Positions 48,490-58,422 of a stretch of DNA of 64,000 nt are shown one piece after another. Each line of letters opens with the position of its first letter. Positions within the stretch are counted from its first letter, which is position 1. Under the pieces are notes generated by a model. It did no database searches, was not told where the DNA came from, and was given only the letters and a program-made list of their open reading frames with translations. The translations under genes and the position numbers were made by a program. The DNA lies in NCBI GenBank assembly GCA_024280885.1, contig JAJRPF010000044.1:25622-89621 (forward strand). Direction: 5' to 3'. Source of the DNA: Planctomycetota bacterium (GTDB lineage: Bacteria; Planctomycetota; JAJSAM01; JAJVHW01).

Positions 48490-50894
48490 TCTTGCGATCC
48501 TTCCGCCGGGTCTTCGGCACTCTCCACCGCGTGCGTCTCGGCGTCTACCGAGGTGGATACCACCTCAGTCCGCTCTCCACGATGTCGACGAAACGGCACC
48601 GACGTGGCCACACCGAGGACAAGATCGCTCAGGCGATGCCCGCGCGGGCGCGCGTGTTCGACGATCGTCGAGACCACGTCGGCATCGGATGGCAACGGGC
48701 CACGGCCGAGCGCGTAGGTGAGCAGTTGGTGTGTGAGATTATCGATGAACGCATCGTCCGCGAGAAGCGCCTCGCGGAGATCCTCCGGACCGGATAGAGC
48801 GCGCCCGTCCGGGAGAGACCCGGAGGGATCGATGATCTCGCCGGTCTCACCATCGCGATCGCGCCAGCGTCCGACCGCGTCGAAGTTCTCCAACGCGAAA
48901 CCGAGCGGGTCCATCCGCACGTGACAGACCGCGCATGTCGGGTCCTTACGATGCCGGGCGAGTTGCTCGCGCATGGTGAGGTTCGCGCCGTCCTTTCCGT
49001 TCTCCTGCAGCTCTCCGACTCCGGGAGGTGGGGGCGGAGTTGGCGCACCGACAATCTGAGTCAAGAGCCACTTTCCCCGCTTCACAGGCGACGTCCGCGT
49101 CGGGTATGACGACACCGTCAAGACACTCGCGTGGCCGAGCACGCCGCCGCGTCGACCATCGGGGTACGTAGTCCGTACGAAGTCGTCACCTGTCACTCCG
49201 GAGATCCCGTAGTGCGCCGCGAGGCGCCCGTCCACGAACGTCCAGCTCGCGCTCACGATCTCGAGTGCACTCCGCTCTTCCCGCACCACGGCCGCGAGGA
49301 ATAGCTCCGTCTCGCGCTGCATCGACTGTGCGAGGTCGGCGCTCCAGGTGGGGAAACGCTCCGGGTCCGGCTGCACTGTCGCGAGCCGTCGCGTCTCCAA
49401 CCACTGCGATCCGAAGTCGCGGATGAGGGCGCACGAACGCGGGTCGCCCAACATGCGCTCAGCCTCGGCACGCAGCTCTGCGTGCAGCCGACCGGAGCGC
49501 GCGAGCATGAAGAGCCGCTCGTCCGGCATGCTGCTCCAGAGGAAGTATGAGAGCCGCGATGCGAGCGCGAACTCGTCGAGGTCGCGGACCCACGCGGGGT
49601 CCTCCGGATGTGGGTGGGCCTCGACGCGAAAGAGAAAGTGCGGCGACATCAACACCGCCTGCAGGCTCACCAGCATTCCGCGCTCGAAGGAACTCCCTTC
49701 GGCGCCTTCCTCGGCCTTCCAGAGTTCCGCCAATCGATCGACTTCCGCGTCCGTGGCCGGGCGCCGAAATGCGCGATCGCAGAGCGCGCGGAGGATCGCG
49801 ATGCGGCGCGCGTTCGCATCCTCGATGCCCTCGCCAGCCGCGAGCAATCGCCTGCGGGTCTCCGGTGGAGGACCAGTGCGTGCATCGATCGGACCGATCA
49901 GCGTGACGGACTCGATGATCAGATTCCGGTCGCGTTGCTTCGGGTCGGGACTCTTCGGCGCGTAGTAGTCGTTGACGAATGCCGCTCCGATCCGGACCGC
50001 GCCGGCGGTGAGTGCAACACGCGCTTCGACTGTGTCCAACTCGCCTTGCGTGGCGTTGATCTCGTGGACGCCGACCACTCGCCCTTCCGCGCGGAGTTGG
50101 AGTCGCGCCAGATCGGGTCCGGCTTGCTGGGCCCACGCCACCACGCGCAGGATGTACTGGCCGGCGCGCGGCACCCGGACCGTCGTCCACACTTCCCCGT
50201 TCGTCGCACAGGCGCGACCGCTTCCGATCACTCCGCCGCGCGCCGTCGTCTGCATTTGCGCGCCGGAGAAGAAGTGCGTGGGCGGGTTGTCGGGGTCCTC
50301 GTAGCGCAGCGCGATCTCGGCGATCTCCTCCGCTGCAGTGAGATATCGTTCGATCAGGAGCGGCGGCATCGTCAGCACGTCGCCGATGTTGTCGAACCCG
50401 TATCCGACGTCATCGGCTGGGAAGTCGGCGACGCCCGCGTAGTCCACTCCCAGAAGATCGCGGACTGTGTTGCGATACTCTGTCCGATTGAGGCGACGCA
50501 TCGTCACGCGCCCGGGATCGGGAGGAGCCAGGCGATCGGCGCACGCGAGCGTTGCCGAGAGCCATTCGAGGAAACGTGCCTTCTCCGCGGCGTTTGGGCG
50601 CGCTTCCGTTTCCGGCGGCATCGTCCCATCCCGCACGAACTCGGCGACTTCGTCGAACGTGCGGAAGTCGCGCACGATGGCGGCTTCGCCACCCGGATCG
50701 GCGTATGTCGAGAGGCTGAGTCCGGACTCGGGGTCCTGCGTCCCGTGGCAACCTGTGCAATGACGTTTCAGGAAGGGCGCCCCGTCGTCGGCGAACGTCG
50801 CGAGCGGCACGTCCGGCGTCGCGGCCTCGCGCTCGGGTTCCTGTGCGTTACATGCGGACAGGGCGACGATCAGGAGGAGGGGCAGGTGGCGCAC
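48486..50894 (-). CDS. DUF1587/1592/1588/1585 + planctomycete cytochrome c domain protein (start uncertain)
   Basis: CTGCH...MPP; RRLNRTEYRNT; GYGFDN; LASRLSYFLWSSMPD; TSPVKRGKW; CAVCH; GFALENFD. Confidence 0.9.
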   Translation of the reverse strand: MRHLPLLLIVALSACNAQEPEREAATPDVPLATFADDGAPFLKRHCTGCHGTQDPESGLSLSTYADPGGEAAIVRDFRTFDEVAEFVRDGTMPPETEARPNAAEKARFLEWLSATLACADRLAPPDPGRVTMRRLNRTEYRNTVRDLLGVDYAGVADFPADDVGYGFDNIGDVLTMPPLLIERYLTAAEEIAEIALRYEDPDNPPTHFFSGAQMQTTARGGVIGSGRACATNGEVWTTVRVPRAGQYILRVVAWAQQAGPDLARLQLRAEGRVVGVHEINATQGELDTVEARVALTAGAVRIGAAFVNDYYAPKSPDPKQRDRNLIIESVTLIGPIDARTGPPPETRRRLLAAGEGIEDANARRIAILRALCDRAFRRPATDAEVDRLAELWKAEEGAEGSSFERGMLVSLQAVLMSPHFLFRVEAHPHPEDPAWVRDLDEFALASRLSYFLWSSMPDERLFMLARSGRLHAELRAEAERMLGDPRSCALIRDFGSQWLETRRLATVQPDPERFPTWSADLAQSMQRETELFLAAVVREERSALEIVSASWTFVDGRLAAHYGISGVTGDDFVRTTYPDGRRGGVLGHASVLTVSSYPTRTSPVKRGKWLLTQIVGAPTPPPPPGVGELQENGKDGANLTMREQLARHRKDPTCAVCHVRMDPLGFALENFDAVGRWRDRDGETGEIIDPSGSLPDGRALSGPEDLREALLADDAFIDNLTHQLLTYALGRGPLPSDADVVSTIVEHARPRGHRLSDLVLGVATSVPFRRHRGERTEVVSTSVDAETHAVESAEDPAEGSQE

Positions 50895-51015
50895 GCGCGC
50901 CAGAGTAACGCCCCGATCCGCTCGGAGGTCTCTTCGCTTCCGTTCCGATGGCGCGACTTGCCCGCGCGCGGGCATCTGGCCGTACACTCTTCGGGCGGAC
51001 CTGAAGGAGTGTGCC

Positions 51016-51549
51016 ATGCACCCGAAATCGATCATTCTCGTGACGGCTCTGACCCTCGCGTTACCCCTCGGTCTGCTCTTCGCCGCCGAGGATCCAAGGG
51101 AGAATGTCGGCGTGGAGAAGAGCACCGTGACAGCCGACGATCTCGCGTGGATGGCCGGAACCTGGCGCAGCGCGGAAGGCCCGATGCATTTCGAGGAGCA
51201 TTGGACGGCTCCCTGGGGCGGCGGACTCGTCGCCGTCAGCCGCGGGCTCTCGGATGGGAAGGTATCGCTCGTCGAACTCTCGGCCATCGAGCTGACCGAC
51301 GACGGTCTTGTCCTGCGCCTGCGCCACTTTCATCCCGGGCTGAAGCCGTGGGACGCCGAGAAGGACGGCCCGCTCGAATGGAAGCTCGTGGCGTCGGCCG
51401 AGACGCGCGTCGTATTCGAGGACAAGGCACAAGACTTCCCGCGCCGCGTGATCTACGAGCGCAAGGGCGACGTCCTGCACGCCATTCTGGAGGGCGAGCG
51501 CGGGGGCCAACCCGTGCGGATGGACTTCGAACTCCCGCGCGTCGACTGA
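51016..51549 (+). CDS. DUF6265-like exported protein
   Basis: Signal peptide; DLAWMAGTW, EEHWTAP, DFPRRVIY. Confidence 0.7.
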   Translation: MHPKSIILVTALTLALPLGLLFAAEDPRENVGVEKSTVTADDLAWMAGTWRSAEGPMHFEEHWTAPWGGGLVAVSRGLSDGKVSLVELSAIELTDDGLVLRLRHFHPGLKPWDAEKDGPLEWKLVASAETRVVFEDKAQDFPRRVIYERKGDVLHAILEGERGGQPVRMDFELPRVD

Positions 51550-51588
51550 CTCGCGCGGATCAATTTGTCTGCGAGACGGTGCGCGCTC

Positions 51589-52302
51589 TCAGAGCCACCA
51601 GAGCTTCTCGATCGGCCACGTGATGATGTTCCAGAGGACCTGCAACGGACCGCGGGTCTGACGCTCCCGAAGACTGATACTGATGTCGGAGAGCGCCAGG
51701 TGCTCGTCGAGGAACTTGCGCCTGCCGGCGAGGAGCTCTATCCGTTCCTGTACTTCGTGGAGCGCCTTCTCGACCTTCAGCATCTCCTCGACGGTGGACG
51801 CCTTGCGAAGCAGCGCCTCGTACGACTCTCGCGCGGCGTGCGCATTCTTGAGGCGGACCTCCAGATCGACATACTCGGAGGTGACGTCTTTCCCCGAGAG
51901 ACTGCGGCGGGTGACTTCGCCGAGGGTTGCGACAGTCTCGAGCGCGGCGTCGAGGCCCGTTGAAGGGATCTTGATCTGGTAGCGCGTCTCCGACGCGGAG
52001 AGCACGAAGCCGCCGGAATCTCGCGCGATGCGCTCGATCGTCCGGCCCGCGTCGGCCAGGTCCTCGACGATCAGTCCGACATCGGCCGAGCGGATGATCT
52101 TGCGCTCGGCCTGCGCCGCCGTCGGCATGGGGGCGCCCGAGTCGTCGTCCGCGTACGATGCCCGGGAACGTAGGTCGGCCTTCGTGACCGCCGCAAATCC
52201 GTCGTGCTCCGTGCCGTTGTACCTGGCGTCGAAGTCAGCCGACTTGCATGCGGGCAGCAGCGTCGCGAGGGCGACGACAAGAAACAGGGCGAAGCACTTC
52301 AT
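51589..52302 (-). CDS. DUF4349 domain lipoprotein
   Basis: LLPAC lipobox; RKIIRSA; KDVTSEYVDLEVRL; EMLKVE. Confidence 0.85.
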   Translation of the reverse strand: MKCFALFLVVALATLLPACKSADFDARYNGTEHDGFAAVTKADLRSRASYADDDSGAPMPTAAQAERKIIRSADVGLIVEDLADAGRTIERIARDSGGFVLSASETRYQIKIPSTGLDAALETVATLGEVTRRSLSGKDVTSEYVDLEVRLKNAHAARESYEALLRKASTVEEMLKVEKALHEVQERIELLAGRRKFLDEHLALSDISISLRERQTRGPLQVLWNIITWPIEKLWWL

Positions 52303-52378
52303 CACGTGAGACTCCTTGGTTGCATCGTGTTGGACGCCGCTGAGCGACCGGCGTTCAAAGAGAACGAGACTTTGTCGT

Positions 52379-53095
52379 TCACGCCGCGTCGTGAGGCGCG
52401 GGTCCCGCGACCGCATCCGCGTGATGTGACTCATTCAACCGCACCAATTGCGGCCCGGCCGCGCTGAATCGGATCTCGGACAGAGACGCGTTTTGGCCCG
52501 CCGTCAGGCGTCCGATGTTGCGCGTCGGGATCTCCAACAGATACGCAACGAGTGCCTTGATGAGACCGCCGTGTACGACGAGCAAGAGCGTGCCGTTTGG
52601 CGCCGTCGCCGCCGCTTCATCGAGCGCCGCAACGACCCGGTTCTGAAACTCAGCGATGCGTTCGCCCGTGCCGCCACGTGGCAGGTCCTCGCCCCGCGCC
52701 AGGGCCGCGACGGTCTCCGGTTCGGTTCGCTCGACGTCCGCGAACGAAAGCCCCTCCCACGCGCCGACATCGATCTCGCGTAGTCCCGCTGTCACGCAGG
52801 GATCGAGGCCGATCCGTGCACCGACGATCTCCGCCGTCTCGGTCGCGCGTGAGAGATCGCTGGTCCACAGCGCGTCGATCTGTTCGGCCGCGAGTCGTTC
52901 CGCGAGGGTCCGGGCCTGCGCCCGTCCGAGGTCGTTGAGCGGGATGTCGCGATGCCCTTGCCAGACGTGTCGCGCGTTCCAATCCGTCGTGCCATGGCGC
53001 GCGAGCAGGAGACGCCGCGGCCGCGGTGTGCCGTCGTCGCTCGATATCGGTCCCCAGAACTTGGCCAAGATCATCCTCCTCGTTGCATGCTTCAT
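52379..53095 (-). CDS. Histidine phosphatase (phosphoglycerate-mutase-like)
   Basis: RHG-x-TDWN; SDLSRA-x-ETA; LREIDVGAWEG; VHGG. Confidence 0.9.
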   Translation of the reverse strand: MKHATRRMILAKFWGPISSDDGTPRPRRLLLARHGTTDWNARHVWQGHRDIPLNDLGRAQARTLAERLAAEQIDALWTSDLSRATETAEIVGARIGLDPCVTAGLREIDVGAWEGLSFADVERTEPETVAALARGEDLPRGGTGERIAEFQNRVVAALDEAAATAPNGTLLLVVHGGLIKALVAYLLEIPTRNIGRLTAGQNASLSEIRFSAAGPQLVRLNESHHADAVAGPAPHDAA

Positions 53096-53220
53096 GATCG
53101 TCGTCCAACGGACGACGCGGCAGAAAGCTCGCCCGACATCTGAAGATCGTCCGAGAATCCACGCTAACGGTCGGCGGCTCCCAGCGTCTTGGCTCCCGAG
53201 CGAATCACGGGAGGTGCACG

Positions 53221-54027
53221 ATGAAGCGGATCATCCGAGTCCTGGCGGCAGTCGCCGTAGCAGCCTTGATTGTCGTCGGTGCCCTGGTTGGCGAGGAACA
53301 AGACGCGTATGCCAGCGATCGCACGGGGGCGTATGCGCTGCTCGACAGCGTCACGCTGGAACCGGCCGACGGCACTGCGTCGCACGTGCGCCTCACCGGG
53401 CTCTTCTGCGTTGCGACGGGCAAGCGCGGCGGAACCTATCGCACCCCGGCGCGCGGATCGATCGTCTATGCGCTTCCGACCGACGACGCCGACAAGCAGG
53501 CCGCGGCGCAGAAATCGATTGCGGCACTGCGCGCCGCCGCCGGGACCGGTAAGATCGTCGCGTTCGGAAGCCGTTGGAGCCAGGCGGGTGTAACGGTCAC
53601 GACGGATCGCGCGCGGCAGGCCAATCCGCCCGTCTTCGACACTGGGGTCGGTGTGCGGGTCATCGAGTCGGCGAGTTACGGCGCGATTGCGTTACTGCGC
53701 TCGAACGTCAAGCTCGTCTCGCCGATCGGCGATGTGAGGATGCGCGTCCACGAGAAGTATGGCGTCATGGAACTCACGAAGATCGTCGTCGAGAACCCCA
53801 TCTCCCGACTAGACGGCCTGCGGCTGCTCTTCGAAGTCGAATTCGAGAACGGTGACGTGATCGGAAGCGGTCCGATCGTCGTCGGCGATCGTGGACGGAC
53901 GACGTACTCGGCGTGGTATCCGTTGCAGGAGAACGAGACCGTCAAGTACCGCGTGCGTGCCGTCCACGACGATCTTCCGCAGGTGAGCGTCGCGGTTGGG
54001 TCGTTCACGGTGCGGAAAGCCGAGTAG
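53221..54027 (+). CDS. Exported hypothetical protein, first gene of a coupled operon
   Basis: GGAGG RBS; signal peptide; TAGTG overlap with the next gene. Confidence 0.7.
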   Translation: MKRIIRVLAAVAVAALIVVGALVGEEQDAYASDRTGAYALLDSVTLEPADGTASHVRLTGLFCVATGKRGGTYRTPARGSIVYALPTDDADKQAAAQKSIAALRAAAGTGKIVAFGSRWSQAGVTVTTDRARQANPPVFDTGVGVRVIESASYGAIALLRSNVKLVSPIGDVRMRVHEKYGVMELTKIVVENPISRLDGLRLLFEVEFENGDVIGSGPIVVGDRGRTTYSAWYPLQENETVKYRVRAVHDDLPQVSVAVGSFTVRKAE

Positions 54028-55130
54028 TGCGCGCGTTCGCTCTCCCCGGTGCCCGGGTTCTCGTGAACGCACGGGACGCGTGGCTGCTCGGAGCTGTCGC
54101 AATCCACGTCGGGTTGTTGATCGTTGCGCCGACGCCGGGCGTCATCGGCGTCCTGTTCTGGTGGACCGCGAATACCGTCGCGCACAACTTCATACACACG
54201 CCCTTCTTTCGCGATCGACGCGCGAACGCTGCGTTCTCCTCGGGGCTCACACTCTTGCTGGGCGTTCCGCAAGCGCTGTGGCGCGCCCGGCACCTCGCGC
54301 ACCACGCCGGGTGTGACGCAGAGCTTCGGCGTGCGCCCGGACTGCGTCGCGAGACGCTGCTCGTCTGCGCATGGTGGGGTGCGTTGGTCGTGATCGTGCC
54401 GGACGTTGTCCTCTTCGCGTACGCGCCGGGCTTGCTCATCGGCCTCGCACTCTCGTGGCACCAGGGCCACTACGAGCATGCGCGTGGCGTGACGAGTCAC
54501 GAGGGGCGTCTCTACAATGCGCTCTTCTTCAACGACGGGTACCACGCTGAGCACCACGCGCGTCCCGGACGTCATTGGAGCGAACTGCCTTTCGCGCCTT
54601 CGCCCGGGGAGCGGCGATCGCGCTACCCGGCCGTCGTCCGATTTCTCGAGACGCACCCCCTTGACGCGCTCGAGCGAGTCGCGCTTCGGAGTACGATCGT
54701 GCGCGAACGATTGCTCGCCGTGCACGAGCGCGCACTGCGGGAACTGCTGCCCGCGCTACCACCCATTCGCAGGATCGTCATCGTCGGCGGCGGATTGTTT
54801 CCGCGCAGCGCGATCATCTTGCGCCGTCTCCTCCCGGACGCCCAACTTGTGATCGTGGACGCCGAGTCAGAGAGCCTTGCCGCGGCCGTGCCCCTTCTCC
54901 CGCACGGCGTCAGGACGATCCATGCACGCTTCGATCCCGCAGAGCACGTCGCCGATTTGGTCGTTCTCCCGCTCGCGTTCGTCGGTGACCGTGACGCACT
55001 CGCCGCCGATCCGACTATCGCTGCACTTGTCATCCATGATTGGATCTGGGTCCGTCGTGAGCTCTCCGCCCCCGTTGCGTGGTGGCTGCTCAAGCGGATG
55101 AACGCAATCGTGCGGGACGCCGCCGAGTGA
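54027..55130 (+). CDS. Membrane fatty-acid-desaturase-like domain fused to a SAM/Rossmann-fold domain
   Basis: His boxes HNFIH, HLAHH, HAEHH; C-terminal IVIVGGGLFPRSAIIL...LVIVD. Confidence 0.75.
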   Translation: MRAFALPGARVLVNARDAWLLGAVAIHVGLLIVAPTPGVIGVLFWWTANTVAHNFIHTPFFRDRRANAAFSSGLTLLLGVPQALWRARHLAHHAGCDAELRRAPGLRRETLLVCAWWGALVVIVPDVVLFAYAPGLLIGLALSWHQGHYEHARGVTSHEGRLYNALFFNDGYHAEHHARPGRHWSELPFAPSPGERRSRYPAVVRFLETHPLDALERVALRSTIVRERLLAVHERALRELLPALPPIRRIVIVGGGLFPRSAIILRRLLPDAQLVIVDAESESLAAAVPLLPHGVRTIHARFDPAEHVADLVVLPLAFVGDRDALAADPTIAALVIHDWIWVRRELSAPVAWWLLKRMNAIVRDAAE

Positions 55131-56902
55131 TCCAGGCTGGCAGCCTCTTCGTCGTGCTCCTCGTCGCGCGTGCGCTGACGATCATCGGGCACGAGGCCGG
55201 GTTCGCTGCCGGTGTGCAACCGATCCTCCACGGCGTGATCGAAGACGCGGCAATCGCTGCGTCTCTCGCGCTCCTCGACTCCACTCTCCGACGCCCACGC
55301 CTCACGTGGATCGTCTACGCCCTGCTCGCCGCGATCGCGGCGATCGAGGTTCCCGTCGTGCGCGCGCTGGGGACCCCGCTCACACCGGTCATGCTGCGGG
55401 GAGCGCACGTTGCGCTCGCCGACTCCATACTCAGTCACGTGACATTCGGAGCCGTTCTTCGCATCGCGACGGTCGTGGGTGTCGCCGTGTTGGTGCCCTT
55501 GGCGTGGATCCGGCTGTGCGTTCCGACGGCGAGTCGCGATCCGCGCAGAGGGCTCGCGGCATCCGTCGCGCTGCTGCTCGCGATCTCCGCGATCGGTGTT
55601 GTCATCCCCGGAGCGGCCCCTCCGTTCCACAAGAACTCCCTCGTCGCGTTGGTGGGACCGCTCACGAACGCGCCCCCGGTACGCGCGACGATTGTGCGCA
55701 TCTCCGCTCGCGAAGCGGAGGGTGCCGCGCAAGATCTCGGTGCGCTGCGCGGCATCGCGCGCGGACGTAACGTCCTCTTTGTCGTACTGGAATCGACGGG
55801 CGTTGCGCCGCTGGGTCTCTACGGGGCGGCTGGCGAAGATCCGATGCCGCGCCTCACGTCGCTTGCCCGCGACGGTCTCGTCTTCGATGCCGCGTACTCG
55901 ACGTTCCCCGAGAGCATCCGCTCGCAAGTTGCGTTCTGGGAGTCCCGCCACCCGCGCATTGGACAGATGCCGCACGACCTGGCGGACCCGCCAGTTTCGC
56001 CGCTCCCTGAGATCCTGACGCGACATGGTTACCGGACCGCGCTGGTTCACGCGGGTCACTTCGACTATCTCGGCATGCATGACTTGGTCGAGGGGCGTGG
56101 GTTCCACCTCCTCGCCGACGCCGACGACATCGTGCGCTCCGGAAGTGACGACGCCCGCGCCACGAGCTTCGGGGTCACAGAGGAGGCCGCTGTCGATCAC
56201 ATTCTGGCGTGGATCGACTCTGGCGAAGGGGCAACGCCGTGGTTCGCCGTGTACCTACCGATCGCAGGACATCACCCTTACGACACGCCGCGCGCCGGGC
56301 CCTTCCCTGCAACATCCGCACAGTCGCAGCACCGCAATGCGCTCCGCTACGCCGATGACGCCCTCGGCGCTCTGCTCGACGGACTGGCCGCGCGCGGCGT
56401 CCTCGACGACACACTCGTTGTTGTGACCGGCGACCACGGCGAGGCGTTCGGCGAGCATCCCGGCAACTACGGACACACGTTCCAACTCTTCGACGAGAAC
56501 GTCCACGTGCCCCTCGTCATCGCGCTCCCCGGATGCAACACCGCACGCCGACTCTCGCGCGTCGCGAGTCATGTCGATCTCGCGCCGACCGTATTGGACC
56601 TGCTCGACATCGCCGCGCCGAACGGCTGGGAAGGTGCGTCGCTCCTGGATCCGACACCGCGCATCGCGCTCTTCGCCACCGACTGGTCGGAACGCCTGAT
56701 CGGTCTGCGCGACGGCCGCTACAAGTTCATCCTTTCGCTCGACTCGGACACCGCGCAACTCTTCGATCTCGATGCCGACCCGGGCGAGACGACCGACCTC
56801 GCGACGCGCCTACCAGAGATCACGGCGCGGTACCGGCGTCGTCTCACAGGGAGAGATTTGGCCGCAGACACTTCAGAGATCCGCCACTCGGCACGGCGAT
56901 GA
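55127..56902 (+). CDS. Membrane-anchored LtaS/sulfatase-superfamily protein
   Basis: About 5 N-terminal TMs; VVLES; YSTFPES; TGDHGEAFGEH; SHVDLAPT; GTGA overlap. Confidence 0.85.
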   Translation: MIQAGSLFVVLLVARALTIIGHEAGFAAGVQPILHGVIEDAAIAASLALLDSTLRRPRLTWIVYALLAAIAAIEVPVVRALGTPLTPVMLRGAHVALADSILSHVTFGAVLRIATVVGVAVLVPLAWIRLCVPTASRDPRRGLAASVALLLAISAIGVVIPGAAPPFHKNSLVALVGPLTNAPPVRATIVRISAREAEGAAQDLGALRGIARGRNVLFVVLESTGVAPLGLYGAAGEDPMPRLTSLARDGLVFDAAYSTFPESIRSQVAFWESRHPRIGQMPHDLADPPVSPLPEILTRHGYRTALVHAGHFDYLGMHDLVEGRGFHLLADADDIVRSGSDDARATSFGVTEEAAVDHILAWIDSGEGATPWFAVYLPIAGHHPYDTPRAGPFPATSAQSQHRNALRYADDALGALLDGLAARGVLDDTLVVVTGDHGEAFGEHPGNYGHTFQLFDENVHVPLVIALPGCNTARRLSRVASHVDLAPTVLDLLDIAAPNGWEGASLLDPTPRIALFATDWSERLIGLRDGRYKFILSLDSDTAQLFDLDADPGETTDLATRLPEITARYRRRLTGRDLAADTSEIRHSARR

Positions 56903-56949
56903 GCTCTCGAGGGACGTCAGCTGCGCCCGGGCTGCATCGTCCGCGATCA

Positions 56950-57210
56950 GGGGCGGCAGAACCGGCTTCAAGAGGAGAGTTCATCGTCCCGCCACAGGCC
57001 AGGCACGGAGGGCGTTCTCTTGAGCTCCGCGGGATTGTCGACGTAGCCGCTCGATGCCCGGTGTGCAGCGGACCGAGGGTGTGACTGCAACCGAGCCAGG
57101 ACGCCCGCGATCACCGGGCACCATCCCCAGAGACTCTCGAACCCAACCTGAGCCAGCTGGCAATCCCATGAGGCGTCTTCGCGACTCCGACGAACTCGCA
57201 AAGACGCCTC
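56950..57210. other. Highly structured intergenic region (candidate ncRNA or repeat element)
   Basis: Nested stems 57031/57167, 57053-57063/57112-57122, 57064-57068/57085-57089, 56968-56974/57017-57023; 15-bp IR 57170-57210. Confidence 0.35.
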
Positions 57211-57374
57211 GCCGTCCCCGGTCGGATGCGGAGCAACGATGTCTCTTGTCGGGGCCAGTCAGCCCGCAGACGCCCGGGTACGATCCTCGCGACGACGTCC
57301 CGGATCTCCATCCGAACCCCGATCGCGGACGATCCGTCGTGGCCGGTTGAGCGAAACGCGGCGACACTTCTCGC

Positions 57375-58412
57375 GTGCGACATCTCCGCGCCATCCTGGC
57401 CCTTCCGTTTCTCGTCACCGTCGTGGTCCCCGCCGCCCTCGTCTGGTGGCGGTGGTCCGGCGCGTCGGAACGCAGCGCCGCGCTCGTCGTCGGAGTCGCG
57501 TGCGTCGCCCTCGGACTTGGCATCGCCGCCTGGACGATCACTCTCTTCGCGACGCGTGGACACGGAACCCTCGCGCCTTGGGACCCGCCGCAGCAACTCG
57601 TGCTGGTCGGCCCCTACCGTCACCTCCGCAACCCGATGATCGTCGCCATCATCGCTGTGCTCGCCGGAGAGGCGCTCGTCTTCTGGTCCCTGCCGCTCGC
57701 GATCTGGTGCGGTGCCTTCGCCCTGTCGAATGCGCTCTACATCCCGTTCCGCGAAGAACCGGCGCTCCTTGAGCGATTCGGCGCCGAGTACGCGTGCTAC
57801 GCGCGCAACGTCCCGGCGTTCATTCCACGGCGGTCCGCGTGGGACGGGCACGACGACGGCACGCCGCGGCGCAACGTCGACGATCTCCCGCTCGCGCATC
57901 TCCCCGCGAACCAATCCCGCGGCGTGCTCCTCGTCTGCACCGTTTCGACTCTCGCGCTCTTCGCGTTCCTCGGAACGCTCCTATGGACGACGCTCGGCAA
58001 CGGACCGGGTCCACTCTGGCTGCTCGTTTTCGGTGCGATGACGTGGGCGCTGCTCGACCTGCGCGATGCGCGTTTCGACGTATTGCGCCCCGCTCCCCCG
58101 GACCTCCTCTTCGGCCGTCTGCACGACGACGGTCGCACGTTCGAATTGCGCGATGCACCGGACGGTCAGCCCGCAGGCGGCTGGCGCTTTGTGCGACGCG
58201 AGAAAGGCACGTTCGTCCTGCTGCGACCGCGCATCGCCTCGCGCGCGCTGGTCAAACGCCATCGTCCGGACTCTGTCCCATTCCGCATGGCGACTCTCTA
58301 CGAACCGCGCGGCAAGCCGGACACCGACGGCTGGGTGCGCTACCCGGTCTCCGCGATCTTCAACGAGCCGCCCGGCGCGTGGGAGCAGGTGAGACGGAAG
58401 AGGCGCAAATGA
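57375..58412 (+). CDS. ICMT/PEMT-family membrane methyltransferase with extra C-terminal domain
   Basis: GTLAPWDPP, GPYRHLRNPM, EEPALLERFGAEYACYARNVPAFIP; plus about 175 aa of unknown function. Confidence 0.8.
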   Translation: MRHLRAILALPFLVTVVVPAALVWWRWSGASERSAALVVGVACVALGLGIAAWTITLFATRGHGTLAPWDPPQQLVLVGPYRHLRNPMIVAIIAVLAGEALVFWSLPLAIWCGAFALSNALYIPFREEPALLERFGAEYACYARNVPAFIPRRSAWDGHDDGTPRRNVDDLPLAHLPANQSRGVLLVCTVSTLALFAFLGTLLWTTLGNGPGPLWLLVFGAMTWALLDLRDARFDVLRPAPPDLLFGRLHDDGRTFELRDAPDGQPAGGWRFVRREKGTFVLLRPRIASRALVKRHRPDSVPFRMATLYEPRGKPDTDGWVRYPVSAIFNEPPGAWEQVRRKRRK

Positions 58413-58422
58413 GTCGGTCCAG

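Noticed and set aside
57130-57150. tRNA/tmRNA-like GGGTTCGAG on the minus strand
   Set aside because: No T-arm stem, cloverleaf or CCA end
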